A stretch of 64,000 nt of DNA from an uncultured Methanobrevibacter sp. (GTDB taxonomy: Archaea > Methanobacteriota > Methanobacteria > Methanobacteriales > Methanobacteriaceae). The position numbers and the translations under genes are program-made. The stretch lies in assembly GCF_900317865.1 (NCBI RefSeq), contig NZ_ONIK01000001.1, one strand, 5' to 3'. Below, one piece after another: positions 28,281-38,852 of the stretch (position 1 is the stretch's first letter; each line of letters begins with the position of its first letter). The notes under the pieces were generated by a model that saw nothing but the letters and a program-made list of their open reading frames with translations, did not search any database and was not told the DNA's origin.

Positions 28281-29255
28281 TCATATTATAACATAAATTA
28301 TAGTTAATATTAATATTACAAATATTGTAAATAATCTTATTGTCAGAGATGTTAATCTAATTGCTTTTGAAATATCCAAAACACTGATTTCATGATTGTT
28401 ATCTCCTAAAACATAGGTACCTTTTTTTATTAACTGAATATCAAGTGCACCTGCTGCTGTTGCCATTGTATAACCTGAATTTGGACTGGGACAATTTCTT
28501 GCATCTCGTTTCATTATTTTATACGCATTTTTTCCATTATATTTTAATAAATAAGCAGATATTATAACAAAGATGCCTGATATTCTAGCAGGAATATAAT
28601 TTAAAATATCATCCAATATTGCCGGAACAAAACCTATTTTAATCAGCTCATCTGTCTTGTATCCAAGCATTGCATCAAGAGTATTTGATATTCTATAGAT
28701 AAATGGAACCAATAATAAAATAATATAATAATCAATGTTATAAAACAAAAATATTATTGAAACAATAGAAAAATAAAAAATTGGAGCAATATAAGAATCA
28801 GTTATGTTTTCTGTCATACTTTCAATTGTTGCGGAAACAATAAAACTTTCCGTTAACTCATCAGTATCACGACTTACCAGGTACGATACAGATTTTCTTG
28901 CTTTGTCAAGATCTTCTTTCAGGTCCTTTTCAATGTCTTTAGCTGTTGACAATAGCATTTTAATTGAAAATGTAGATGACAATATAATAGAATAAATTAT
29001 AATAAATAAATAATAATTAAATGAAAATAAAATCATTATTAATACTAAAATTGAACATGAAACAAAAATAGTAAATATTGTTGTAAAAAAGCCAGACCAT
29101 CTGCTATTTAATCCAATAAATATATTCTTGAAAAAATCAATGATTTTTCCTATTATGACAACAGGATGAATTTTAGTTGGAAGTTCACCAAAAATTGCAT
29201 CGATTAATAAGCTGAAAATTAATGATATAATAATAAACTCGTAAACTTCTAACAT
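28281..29255 (-). CDS. cbiB: Adenosylcobinamide-phosphate synthase (CobD/CbiB)
   Basis: Membrane protein with HPVVIIGKIIDF near the N-terminus and C-terminal SPNSGYTMATAAGAL. Confidence 0.85.
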   Translation of the reverse strand: MLEVYEFIIISLIFSLLIDAIFGELPTKIHPVVIIGKIIDFFKNIFIGLNSRWSGFFTTIFTIFVSCSILVLIMILFSFNYYLFIIIYSIILSSTFSIKMLLSTAKDIEKDLKEDLDKARKSVSYLVSRDTDELTESFIVSATIESMTENITDSYIAPIFYFSIVSIIFLFYNIDYYIILLLVPFIYRISNTLDAMLGYKTDELIKIGFVPAILDDILNYIPARISGIFVIISAYLLKYNGKNAYKIMKRDARNCPSPNSGYTMATAAGALDIQLIKKGTYVLGDNNHEISVLDISKAIRLTSLTIRLFTIFVILILTIIYVII

Positions 29256-29324
29256 AATATAAACTATTTATAATAAAAAAATAAATATTTTATTATTTAA
29301 TTTAATAATAAAATAGTGATAAAT

Positions 29325-29819
29325 ATGATAGATGAAGAAAAAATAAAAAATTGGATAGTAGATGAAGGATTATTCAGAGAAAAAAAATTTGATGATAATG
29401 CTGATTTTCATTACATTATTGAGTTTCCAAAAGATAATATAATGGATGTTGTTAAACCAAAAGGAAAAGATTTTATTGTAATGGCTTGTGCAACACAAGT
29501 TTCACCACAACATTTAGAATTAATGAACACCAGTTCTCCTAAAGAAAGAACTGAGTTTTTATTAGATTTAAACATGTCAATCAATCAATTTTTAGTTGAC
29601 TGTCAATTAGCTGTTGATCAAAATACTAACTTATTACAACAGTATGTTATTACTTATCAGATTTTTGAAGATGGAATATCTAAAAATGCTTTATTTGATG
29701 CACTTAAAAGAGTTTTCAAAGCAAAAATTCAATGTGTATGGATGATTGAAAAAACTTTCGGTACTGTAGGTACCCCTACAACAACAGAACCTTCAAATGA
29801 AAATTCAATGTTCATCTAG
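29325..29819 (+). CDS. Hypothetical cytosolic protein (possibly DUF2299/YbjN-like)
   Basis: No TM helix or signal peptide. The family assignment is from memory only. Confidence 0.4.
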   Translation: MIDEEKIKNWIVDEGLFREKKFDDNADFHYIIEFPKDNIMDVVKPKGKDFIVMACATQVSPQHLELMNTSSPKERTEFLLDLNMSINQFLVDCQLAVDQNTNLLQQYVITYQIFEDGISKNALFDALKRVFKAKIQCVWMIEKTFGTVGTPTTTEPSNENSMFI

Positions 29820-29820
29820 A

Positions 29821-30077
29821 GAGAGGGACATATATTTCAAGTGAAAGTTAAACGAAGGTATATTTTGAATGAAGAGGTATATTTCAAGTGAAAAATACAC
29901 TTGAAAAACACCTTAATTTTTTTTGCTCTAATTTTAATATAAAGACTTCATTTTTATTTATTTTTAATTTAAACATGTTTTAAAAAACTTAATTTTTTGT
30001 TTACACTTGAAATACATGTCATGATTTTGTTTTTTTACAAAATTTAGTTACACTTGAAATGCTCCTCTCACTCTCTC
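29821..30077. other. Replication origin core (oriC): inverted ORB/mini-ORB boxes flanking an AT-rich segment
   Basis: gagagggacatatATTTCAAGTGAAA (29821-46), gaagaggtatATTTCAAGTGAAA (29871-93), TACACTTGAAA (29896-906), TTACACTTGAAAT (30001-13), TTACACTTGAAATgctcctctcactctctc (30048-77). orc1 lies 1.3 kb downstream. Confidence 0.8.
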
Positions 30078-30391
30078 AAAAATTACAGTAATTCAATAAT
30101 TTTTTTAAAAAGAATATTTGTAAAATTCTTAAATAGGAATAATTTGCATTAAATTATAAAATTATAATTAATCAACAATTGATATCTTTTATACTGTATT
30201 TATAATTGATTTTTGGATAATACTTTAAATTTAAGATAATTTATTTATGTGTACTTTTTTTATTTTTGAATTTATAATTTATATTTTGTATACTTTTTTT
30301 AATTATGAATACAAACATTTATATACTATGACATGCCATTAATAATTAGGTACACAAATTCTAAAAAAGTATACATCAAGGAGTTTTTAAA

Positions 30392-30910
30392 ATGTTTGGA
30401 AAATATAATATTGAATTAAAAAATGGAGATCAAAAATTTGCTGTTAAATATACCCCTGCTAAAGTAGATATAGTCGCAGACGGTGAAATTTCTGAAGAAC
30501 TTGAAGAAATGGTTAGGGGAGGTATAGGATCTCTCTATGAATTAGGTTCTGAACTTATACAATATGGTGAAAGGTTCACTTCAAATGAATTAAAACCTTT
30601 AACTGTTTTTGTTAAAGCACAGACAAAAGAATTCTTTAAAAACAGCTCCATTTTAAGTGCTGATGAAGTACTGGAGGCATATGAAAATATAAACCATGAT
30701 GCTGATGCATTAATAAATTCCCTTTTAAAGGAAGAAAGGAATTTAGAACATGAATTATTTAAAGTCCGAGAAAAAATTAAAAATGCTAAATCATTTAAAG
30801 ATGAACTCAATAATATGGATTTAGAAAATGAGACTAAAGATGATAATGAAATAGTTTCATCATTAAATGAAAATTCTGAAGATTCAAGAGTTAAAGTAGA
30901 TGTAATGTAA
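30392..30910 (+). CDS. Acidic coiled-coil hypothetical protein embedded in the origin region
   Basis: Good SD (aaggag, 7 nt spacer). 172 aa with an acidic C-terminus. Confidence 0.5.
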   Translation: MFGKYNIELKNGDQKFAVKYTPAKVDIVADGEISEELEEMVRGGIGSLYELGSELIQYGERFTSNELKPLTVFVKAQTKEFFKNSSILSADEVLEAYENINHDADALINSLLKEERNLEHELFKVREKIKNAKSFKDELNNMDLENETKDDNEIVSSLNENSEDSRVKVDVM

Positions 30911-31363
30911 CGTTTAAGCTTATAATTATGTTATATGCTTATTTTGTTAAATCTACTTTCATCTATTTTTTCATGAAAATATATTGTGTGAAATATTTCT
31001 TTGCTAAATTTTTTCTATACAAAAGTTAGACAACAATTTTCTCCTGTTATCATTAATTTTTACATTTGAAATACTACTTTTATAATTGAAATGGTACTCT
31101 ATTTTTCTAAAAATCATAAATTAATAATTAAGCATTATATTAAAAATAAAGAATTATTATTTAATTTTTCTAATGAAATAATACTTATCGTTAGTTTTAT
31201 ATTTAAAAAAATAATTAATATGTATTTAATTTTTTACATCATATAAAATTTTAAAAGTTTTTCAATGAAAAAGTTTATTTAATACCTTGTTTAAATATTA
31301 ACACTGGAAATTATACTTATGTAATTTTTTCTATTTTTCATAATTTTTTATATGGGTGAGGAA

Positions 31364-32518
31364 ATGGCGAATATTTTTGAAAACATTCAGAAGGAAAATG
31401 TAATTTTCAAGGATAAACAACCTTTGGATCATAGGTTTTTACCTGAAAAATTATTGCACAGAGAAGATCAGGTGACGCAAATAGCGCGATATTGGGTTGA
31501 TGCCCTAAATGATGTAACACCATCAAATATTACCATTTATGGTAAAACAGGTACAGGTAAAACTGCTGCTGCAAAATTTGCACGTTCACAATTATTGGAA
31601 TTTTCAGCAGATCAGGATGTCTTTATCAAGATTGAATATATCAGATGTACTGATTATACAACAGAGTATCAGGTTTTAGCCCAATTATGTCAAAAACTTG
31701 GTCGTGATGTCCCCCACAGGGGATGGACAAAAGCGGAAGTTGTAAACACTTTCCGAGATATATTTAGAACAAATGCATTTGGAAAAAAACTTATTTTAAT
31801 TGTTATTTTGGACGAAATCGATATTTTACTTAATAAGGATGGAGATGGAATATTATACACATTAACAAGAACAGATAATGTTTCCATTTTATCAATCAGT
31901 AATTTCCTGGACTTTAAAGGATTAATTAAATCAAGAGTTACAAGCAGTTTAAATGATAAGGAGATTGTATTTCCACCATATGGTGCTAATCAGTTAACTG
32001 ATATTTTAAACGAAAGGGCTAAATTGGCTTTTAATGAAGGAGTTGTTGAAAGCGACGTAATACCATTGTGTTCTGCAATGGCTGCTAAAGAGGAAGGGGA
32101 TGCAAGATTTGCTCTGGACTTATTGAAAACATCTGGTTTTATTGCTGAAGAAGAAGGTTCTCAATCCATTAAAAGCAGTCATGTCAGAATGGCTAAAGAC
32201 AGAATAGAACATGATAAATTTGTGGATGTCGTTAAAACACTTCCAACTCAACAGCAAAGAGTTTTAGAAGCTATTTTAAGATTAACTAATGAAAATGAAG
32301 AGATTACTTCAGGTAAGCTATATGAAACTTATTCAGAAGTATCCAAAAAAGATGCTGTTACTTATAGAAGAATATTTGATTTTATAAATGAACTTGAAAT
32401 GTTAGGTATTATTTCAACCAATACTGTTTCACGAGGTCGTGGAAAAGGCAGAACCAATATCATTAAGCTTCAATGTGATGAAGATTTACTGGAATCAAGT
32501 TTATATTCTCCTATTTAG
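31364..32518 (+). CDS. cdc6: Orc1/Cdc6 replication initiator
   Basis: LHREDQ...[17 protein letters not shown] (Walker A), LDEID (Walker B) and a C-terminal winged helix ([11 protein letters not shown]). ATG at 31364 preceded by ggtgagg. Confidence 0.9.
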   Translation: MANIFENIQKENVIFKDKQPLDHRFLPEKLLHREDQVTQIARYWVDALNDVTPSNITIYGKTGTGKTAAAKFARSQLLEFSADQDVFIKIEYIRCTDYTTEYQVLAQLCQKLGRDVPHRGWTKAEVVNTFRDIFRTNAFGKKLILIVILDEIDILLNKDGDGILYTLTRTDNVSILSISNFLDFKGLIKSRVTSSLNDKEIVFPPYGANQLTDILNERAKLAFNEGVVESDVIPLCSAMAAKEEGDARFALDLLKTSGFIAEEEGSQSIKSSHVRMAKDRIEHDKFVDVVKTLPTQQQRVLEAILRLTNENEEITSGKLYETYSEVSKKDAVTYRRIFDFINELEMLGIISTNTVSRGRGKGRTNIIKLQCDEDLLESSLYSPI

Positions 32519-33458
32519 GGTTGTTTTTAATTAATGTTTTTAAGATAGCCATTCTCACAGGAACAGCATTAGCTGCTTGGGTGAAATACTTGTTATATTT
32601 AGTATCATCCACATCACCATCTATTTCATCTATTCTAGGTAAAGGATGCATAACTATTAAATCTTTACCTTCCAACATTTTTTTATTAATGATGTAAGCG
32701 CCTTTTATTTTTAAATAATCATCAATATCCCCAAAGCGTTCCTTTTGAATTCTTGTAACGTATAAAACATTTACTTTATCAATAATATCGGAAATATTTG
32801 AAACTTCAGTATATGACATTCCAACTTTATCCAGATCATGAAGAATTTCTTGAGGCATTTTTAGTTCGGGTGGTGATACAAAATAAAGCTCCACATTATC
32901 ATATAAAGTTAAAGCATTGGCTAATGAATGGACTGTACGGCCGTATTTTAAGTCACCAATTAATGCTATTTTTATGTTATCGATATCGCCCATTTCTTTT
33001 TTGATGGTGTATAAATCTAACAATGTTTGGGTTGGGTGTTGGCCTGCACCGTCACCTGCATTAATTACGGGAACATCTACCACATCAGATATAAATTTGG
33101 ATACTCCTTCCATTTCATGCCTTATTACTAATGCATCACAGTATCCTTCATACATTTTTGCGGTGTCTGCTATGCTTTCGCCTTTGGACACACTTGAAGA
33201 ACCGGTATTTTCAAAACCTATACATTGTCCGCTTAGACGTTTCATAGCTGTTTCAAAAGACATTTTTGTTCTTGTGGATGGTTCAAAAAACATTAATCCC
33301 AAGATTTTCCCTTTTAATTCTTCTGAAATTTCTTTAGATTGGGCAACATTTTCTAATGTAGATGCTTCATTTAAAATATAATCAATATTTGATCTTTTAA
33401 AATCTTTAATTGATATTATGTTTTTTAGCTCAAAAATTTTAATCAACCCTTTTTTCAA
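32511..33458 (-). CDS. pyrB: Aspartate carbamoyltransferase catalytic subunit
   Basis: [30 protein letters not shown] motifs. Confidence 0.9.
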   Translation of the reverse strand: MKKGLIKIFELKNIISIKDFKRSNIDYILNEASTLENVAQSKEISEELKGKILGLMFFEPSTRTKMSFETAMKRLSGQCIGFENTGSSSVSKGESIADTAKMYEGYCDALVIRHEMEGVSKFISDVVDVPVINAGDGAGQHPTQTLLDLYTIKKEMGDIDNIKIALIGDLKYGRTVHSLANALTLYDNVELYFVSPPELKMPQEILHDLDKVGMSYTEVSNISDIIDKVNVLYVTRIQKERFGDIDDYLKIKGAYIINKKMLEGKDLIVMHPLPRIDEIDGDVDDTKYNKYFTQAANAVPVRMAILKTLIKNNPK

Positions 33459-33930
33459 TTAACTCATTAATTATTTTTGCAAATTCTTCTATTTTATCTT
33501 TGTTCAATGAAGGTATTGTTTCATTATTTTCAATAATTTTTTTAGATTTTCTTCTTTGAATGAAGTTTCCTATATCTGTGCTGATATTATAACCGAAGTT
33601 TGAACATACAATTGAAGATTCTATAATTTCTGTGGAATATACTTTATTCAAATTTGTAACTATGTCTAAATTTTCATCACTATTTACATATAATGCATAT
33701 GGTTTCTCAAGCAGTGTTTTGATATTTCTTGAAATGAATTTTTTAAAAGATCCCTGAACTTTATAATAGGTTGATGCACCTAATATTATAAAGTTGTATT
33801 TTAAAAGGCAGATGTCTTTCACATTATCTATTGAAATTAACACTACCTCTGTATTAATCAACTCTTTCAGTATTTTAGCTGATTTTTTACTATCATCTGT
33901 CAATGTTGTATGAATAATCGCAATTTTCAT
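33439..33930 (-). CDS. Flavodoxin-domain protein
   Basis: MKIAIIHTT...[10 protein letters not shown]...FKKFI pattern. Overlaps pyrB and hisG, consistent with an operon. Confidence 0.55.
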   Translation of the reverse strand: MKIAIIHTTLTDDSKKSAKILKELINTEVVLISIDNVKDICLLKYNFIILGASTYYKVQGSFKKFISRNIKTLLEKPYALYVNSDENLDIVTNLNKVYSTEIIESSIVCSNFGYNISTDIGNFIQRRKSKKIIENNETIPSLNKDKIEEFAKIINELIEKRVD

Positions 33931-34787
33931 ATTATTCTTTCAATCGGTACAACAAGAATGTCTTTAGCACCGGCTTTTCTTAAATTATTAACAAGTTCAA
34001 ATACTTCTTCTTCATCAACAACAGCCTGAATAGCAACTGTTTTTTCTTTTGATAAAACTTCAGAAACTGTAGGTCCATCCATTGAAGGCATTAATTTTCT
34101 TACTGCATCTAAATCTTTGGTTTTAACATTCATCATTATAAGTTTTTTACCCACTGCGTCAATAACTCCTTTAACACTACTGCTTACAGCTTCTACAAGA
34201 GGTTTTTTATTTTCAAATGATTCTTTATTTGTGATTAAAACTATTGTACTTTCTAAAATTGTATCAATAATCTTTAAATGGTTCATTTTTAGTGTAGTTC
34301 CTGTACTGGTTAAATCAGTAATCAAGTCAGCAACACCAATAAATGGTGCTATTTCAGTTGAACCACTTAATTTAACGATTTTTGGTTCTAAACCATGATT
34401 TTTAAAGTATTTTTTTGTTAATGTAGGAAATTCAGTAGCTATAGTCATTTCTGAGGTTACATCATTGATTGAATTTATTTTTGAATCTTCGGGAGATGCT
34501 AAAACGAGTCTTGTTTTGCCGAAGTTTAAATCAGTTAATTCAATTACTTCACTTTCACTTTCTTTTATTAAATCAATACCTGATATTCCCATGTCAACGA
34601 TTCCATCAGATACAAATTCCGGTATATCTGATGCTCTTGCAAACATTACATCAATATTTTCATTATGAGTTTTTGAGACTAATTTTCGATTATTATTATA
34701 CTTTAACCCTAATCCGGCTTTTTCTAAAATATTTATTGATGGATTACTTATTCTTCCTTTTGATGGAACTGCAATTTTTAATTTCAT
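33927..34787 (-). CDS. hisG: ATP phosphoribosyltransferase (long form)
   Basis: MKLKIAVPSKGR...DIPEFVSDGIVDMGISG...DLTSTGTTLK. Internal ATG at 34787 preferred. Confidence 0.85.
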   Translation of the reverse strand: MKLKIAVPSKGRISNPSINILEKAGLGLKYNNNRKLVSKTHNENIDVMFARASDIPEFVSDGIVDMGISGIDLIKESESEVIELTDLNFGKTRLVLASPEDSKINSINDVTSEMTIATEFPTLTKKYFKNHGLEPKIVKLSGSTEIAPFIGVADLITDLTSTGTTLKMNHLKIIDTILESTIVLITNKESFENKKPLVEAVSSSVKGVIDAVGKKLIMMNVKTKDLDAVRKLMPSMDGPTVSEVLSKEKTVAIQAVVDEEEVFELVNNLRKAGAKDILVVPIERII

Positions 34788-34968
34788 CTCAACACCATAT
34801 ATTTTTTTATATATTATATTTAAAATACTTTTTTTAATCAAAATTTTTTTAGGTAATCCTTAAAATTCCAAAATATTTAAATATTTAATCAGTTAATACA
34901 TTACAATAACTTATGATAAATGAATTATGCTCATAAGTTAATGATTCAATATTAGTGAGGTGAAAATT

Positions 34969-35181
34969 ATGTCTGAAATCCCAAAAGCTCCTATTGCTAG
35001 AATTATTAAAGATACTGGTGCAGAAAGAGTAAGTGAAGATGCAAAAACTGAATTAGCTGATGCATTAGAAGAAATCGCACGTAACATTGCTATTAAAGCT
35101 AACGAAGCTGCAAGATTAGCAAAACGTAAAACTATTAAAGCAGAAGATATTAAATTCGCAGTAAACGAATTAGGCTTATAA
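34969..35181 (+). CDS. Archaeal histone (HMf family)
   Basis: MSEIPKAPIARIIKDTGAERVSEDAKTELADALEEIARNIAIKANEAARLAKRKTIKAEDIKFA. SD gaggtga precedes ATG 34969. Confidence 0.9.
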   Translation: MSEIPKAPIARIIKDTGAERVSEDAKTELADALEEIARNIAIKANEAARLAKRKTIKAEDIKFAVNELGL

Positions 35182-35228
35182 TTTTTATAAGTCATACTTT
35201 TTTTTATTTTTATTTTTAAGGTGTTATT

Positions 35229-36533
35229 ATGGTAGATAATACAATATTGATTAAAAATGCATCTATTTTAAATCCTGTAAAAGAATTTAAAGGAAAAAAA
35301 GATGTATTAATTAAAAATGATTTAATTTTTGAAATAAATGATGAAATTTCAGATAATAATGTGGATAAGGTCATCGATGCGACTGATAAAATTTTACTTC
35401 CTGGTTTTGTAAATACCCATACTCATTTATCAATGACATTATTTAGGGGTCTTGCAGATGATTTGGCTCTTGATGAATGGTTAAATGATAATATATGGCC
35501 TATGGAAGCTAATCTTAATGAAAATTATTGTTATATTGGTGCTCTTTTAGGAGCAGTTGAATTAATTAAATCCGGAACTACAACATTTTCAGACATGTAC
35601 TTTTACATGGAGGATGTTGCAAAGGCTGTAGAAGAATCAGGAATAAGGGCAGCTTTATCATATGGAATGATAGATTTCGCTGATGAAGAAAAAAGAAAAG
35701 CTGAAATCGAAAAAAATATGAGATTATTTAAGAACTGTCATAATTCAGCTGACGGAAGAATTAAAGTATTTTTCGGACCACATTCACCATACACAGCTTC
35801 TGAAGAACTATTAAAAGAAGTTAGAAAACTGGCTGATGAAAATGATATAAAAATTCACATACATGTCAGTGAAACTCAAAAGGAAATTAATGATATTAGC
35901 TCTGAAAAAGGTCTAAGACCATTTGAATATCTTGATTCCATAGGATTTTTAGGTCCTGATGTTGTATGTGCTCACAGTGTATGGCTAAGTGATGAGGAAA
36001 TCGAAATTATCAAAAAACATGATGTTAAAATTTCACACAATCCATGCAGTAATATGAAATTGGCATCAGGAATAGCTCCTGTATCAAAATTACTTGAAAA
36101 TGATATTTGTGTTGCTATTGGAACTGATGGTGCTTCATCAAATAATAATTTGGATATTATTGAAGAGTTGAAAACTGCCAGTTTATTACAAAAGGTATCA
36201 ACTCTTGATCCAAAGGTTTTAACATCCGATGAAGCAATAGCCATGGGAACTATCAACGGTGCAAAGGCACTTGGTTTGGATGATGAAATTGGAAGCATTG
36301 AAGTTGGTAAAAAAGCAGATTTAATATTGATTGATACCAATAATGCTAATATGGTTCCAGACAGTTCTAAATTAAGTTCAAATGTTATCTATTCTGCAAA
36401 CGGGTCTAATGTAGATACCACTATTTGTAATGGTGTAATATTAATGGAAAATAAGAAATTAACTACATTAGATGAAGATGAAATTTATCAAAAAGCAAAA
36501 GAAGCAATAGATCAGCTTAAAAAAGCTATCTAG
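35229..36533 (+). CDS. mtaD: Amidohydrolase, 5-methylthioadenosine/S-adenosylhomocysteine (5'-deoxyadenosine) deaminase family
   Basis: LLPGFVNTHTHLSMTLFRGLADDLALDEWL, HVSET, GTDGASSNN motifs. Confidence 0.8.
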   Translation: MVDNTILIKNASILNPVKEFKGKKDVLIKNDLIFEINDEISDNNVDKVIDATDKILLPGFVNTHTHLSMTLFRGLADDLALDEWLNDNIWPMEANLNENYCYIGALLGAVELIKSGTTTFSDMYFYMEDVAKAVEESGIRAALSYGMIDFADEEKRKAEIEKNMRLFKNCHNSADGRIKVFFGPHSPYTASEELLKEVRKLADENDIKIHIHVSETQKEINDISSEKGLRPFEYLDSIGFLGPDVVCAHSVWLSDEEIEIIKKHDVKISHNPCSNMKLASGIAPVSKLLENDICVAIGTDGASSNNNLDIIEELKTASLLQKVSTLDPKVLTSDEAIAMGTINGAKALGLDDEIGSIEVGKKADLILIDTNNANMVPDSSKLSSNVIYSANGSNVDTTICNGVILMENKKLTTLDEDEIYQKAKEAIDQLKKAI

Positions 36534-38169
36534 CTTCAAATTTTATTTTATTTTTATTTATTATAATGCTTCTTTTCCAAGCATCTATAGTTTCTGGGAA
36601 ATCGCTTCTAAAGTGCGCTCCTCTACTTTCACGACGTAATATAGCTGATTTTACAATTAATATACAGATTTCAACCATATTAATTACTTCAAGAGCAGTT
36701 AACAATTCAGTATTATATTGATTTTCATCACATACATCCAACTTATCCAAGTCTTTCTGCATTTGCTGTAATTCCCGTAAAGCTTCATTCAATGTTTTTT
36801 CTTCACGTACGATAGCTACTTTTTCCCACATTAATTTTTTGATGTTTTCTTTAAATTCAGAAGCTTTAATTGAACCCGGCTTTATAATACCTTCAATTCT
36901 TTCTTTTTCAGCTAAAAACATTTCATCATTTGTTTTTAGAGAAGTTTCTTTTGCTTTTTTGGCTGCACTTGCACCGGCGATTTTTCCGAATACCTGAGTG
37001 TCAGCAAGAGCATTTCCACCTAGACGGTTGGCTCCATGAACTCCACCACATACTTCTCCACAAGCGAATAAATTCGGAAGTGATGTAGATGCATCAGTAT
37101 TTATTTTAATACCACCCATAAAGTGATGTGCTGTTGGAGCTACTTCTATAGGTTCATTTTTAATGTCAACACCGACATTTCCAAATTGTAGAACCATAGT
37201 CTCTAATTTTTCATCAATCAAATCATCATCCAAGTGAGAAATGTCGAGATATACTCCCCCATGTTCGCTTCCTCTACCTTCAATGATTTCCTGATAAATT
37301 GATCTTGCAACGACATCCCGTGTTGCTAGCTCCATTTTTTCCGGTGAATATTTTTTCATGAAACGTTCACCTTCTTTGTTCAGTAGAATTCCACCTTCGG
37401 CTCTTACAGCCTCAGTCACTAAAACTCCTCTTTTAGATTTTGGACTTACCATTCCTGTAGGGTGAAATTGTACCTGTTCCATATCCACCAGATTTGCACC
37501 TGCTCTGTAAGCTATTGCAAAGCCGTCTCCATTCTTTTGAAAGGTATTGGAAGTTACAGGATATAACTGACCGGCTCCACCGCTTGCGAATATGACAGCT
37601 TTAGCCTTAAAGTAAATTAGACTGGAATCTTTTAGGTCAAACCCTACTGCTCCAATTACTTGAAGACCATCTTGAATGAGTGAAGTTATCATAACTTCTT
37701 CGATACATTCAATATCTCTTTTAATGATTTCTTCCTTTAGTGCATTTAGTAATTCAGCACCAGTACGGTCTCCTTGAAAGCAGGTTCTTCTATAGGTCTG
37801 ACCGCCGAATGGTCTTTGAGCAATTTTGCCGTTTTCCTGTCTGTCAAACAATGCACCATAGTTTTCCAAGTCTATTAGTCTTTTGGGGGATTCTTTGACT
37901 AAAATATCGACTAACTTTTTGTCATTAAGGTAACTTCCACCTTTTAACGTATCTTTGATATGTGCATCAATTGAATCTTCTTTATCGACAGCTTTGAAAA
38001 CAGCATTGTATCCACCTTCTGCCATTCCAGTACAGCCTGACCTAAATGACAGTCCTTTTGATACAATTGTAGCTTTAACTCCAGCATTATCTACTTCAAT
38101 AGCTGCTCTTGAACCAGCCCCTCCTGATCCGACAATCAAAACATCTGTCTCAATTTTCTTTACTTCCAT
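36526..38169 (-). CDS. tfrA: Fumarate reductase/succinate dehydrogenase flavoprotein family; likely thiol:fumarate reductase subunit A
   Basis: DVLIVGSGGAGSRAA, QFHPTG, HFMGGI, RESRGAHFR motifs. The TfrA assignment is inferred from the methanogen context. Confidence 0.7.
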   Translation of the reverse strand: MEVKKIETDVLIVGSGGAGSRAAIEVDNAGVKATIVSKGLSFRSGCTGMAEGGYNAVFKAVDKEDSIDAHIKDTLKGGSYLNDKKLVDILVKESPKRLIDLENYGALFDRQENGKIAQRPFGGQTYRRTCFQGDRTGAELLNALKEEIIKRDIECIEEVMITSLIQDGLQVIGAVGFDLKDSSLIYFKAKAVIFASGGAGQLYPVTSNTFQKNGDGFAIAYRAGANLVDMEQVQFHPTGMVSPKSKRGVLVTEAVRAEGGILLNKEGERFMKKYSPEKMELATRDVVARSIYQEIIEGRGSEHGGVYLDISHLDDDLIDEKLETMVLQFGNVGVDIKNEPIEVAPTAHHFMGGIKINTDASTSLPNLFACGEVCGGVHGANRLGGNALADTQVFGKIAGASAAKKAKETSLKTNDEMFLAEKERIEGIIKPGSIKASEFKENIKKLMWEKVAIVREEKTLNEALRELQQMQKDLDKLDVCDENQYNTELLTALEVINMVEICILIVKSAILRRESRGAHFRSDFPETIDAWKRSIIINKNKIKFEAR

Positions 38170-38263
38170 TTTTATACCTTTCAAAATTTATGTAATTATT
38201 TTTGTTTTTAATAATTAATATAAATATGTAAATAATATAATATCATTATTAAGAGGTAATTTG

Positions 38264-38638
38264 ATGAAACTTTATGGTGAAGTTACAACTGGTTTAGGAA
38301 AAGCGGCTTATTTCCTTTCACAGGATTTTTATGTTGATAATTTTATTAAAAACTGTGGTTTTAAGCCATATCCAGGAACTCTGAATGTTATTGTTCCCGA
38401 TAAACATTTAGACCAAATTAATGAAGTTAAAAATAGTTGTGAAAATATTATCAAACCTGAAGAGGGTTTCGGTGCTGTAAAATATATTAAGGCTACTTTA
38501 AATAATGAAGTTAATGGAGCTATTGTTTTTCCAGCAAAAACTGAACATACTGAAAATTATTTGGAATTTATCGCTGAAAAAAAACTAAGAGATGAACTAA
38601 ATTTAAAAGACGGCGATATTGTAAGTTTAGAATTTTAA
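38264..38638 (+). CDS. ribK: Archaeal CTP-dependent riboflavin kinase
   Basis: GEVTTGLGKAAYFLSQ...YPGTLNV...GAIVFPAKTEH pattern of the MJ0056 family. SD aagaggt. Confidence 0.8.
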   Translation: MKLYGEVTTGLGKAAYFLSQDFYVDNFIKNCGFKPYPGTLNVIVPDKHLDQINEVKNSCENIIKPEEGFGAVKYIKATLNNEVNGAIVFPAKTEHTENYLEFIAEKKLRDELNLKDGDIVSLEF

Positions 38639-38681
38639 ATCAAAAGTATTTTATATAATAATTGATATATTTTTTTATACG

Positions 38682-38800
38682 TTCTCAGGGCGGAGTGAAA
38701 TTCTCCACCGGTGGTGATTTTTATATAAGTCCACGAGCACAAAAAAGTGTTGATTTGGTGAGATTCCAAAACCGACGGTGATAGTCCGGATGGAAGAGAA
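38682..38800 (+). promoter_or_regulatory. FMN riboswitch (RFN element) aptamer
   Basis: uucucAGGGCGGAGUGAAAUUCUCCACCGGUGGU...AGUCCACGAGC...GAUUUGGUGAGAUUCCAAAACCGACGGUGAUAGUCCGGAUGGAAGAGAA reproduces the conserved RFN core, with P1 formed by uucuc/gagaa. Confidence 0.9.
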
Positions 38801-38852
38801 TAAGTAGATTATTTTTTTTAGCCCTGGTTCTAGTACACAAGGAGACATTACT

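Noticed and set aside
32511-32518. 8-nt overlap of the convergent 3' ends of orc1 and pyrB (a similar overlap occurs at 36526-36533 for mtaD/tfrA).
   Set aside because: Compact convergent ends are common in dense prokaryotic genomes, and no additional signal suggests function.
32798-33381. Plus-strand ORFs (68 and 154 aa) opposite pyrB.
   Set aside because: They are antisense to a highly conserved enzyme gene, with no start context. Shadow ORFs.
34117-34837. Plus-strand ORFs opposite hisG (93, 67 and 122 aa).
   Set aside because: Same reasoning. Their composition (Ser/Ile/Leu/Phe-rich) is typical of antisense AT-rich coding DNA.
34938-35195. 85-aa minus-strand ORF opposite the histone gene.
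   Set aside because: The plus-strand product is an unmistakable archaeal histone with a good SD. The antisense ORF is Ala/Ser/Leu-rich mirror sequence.
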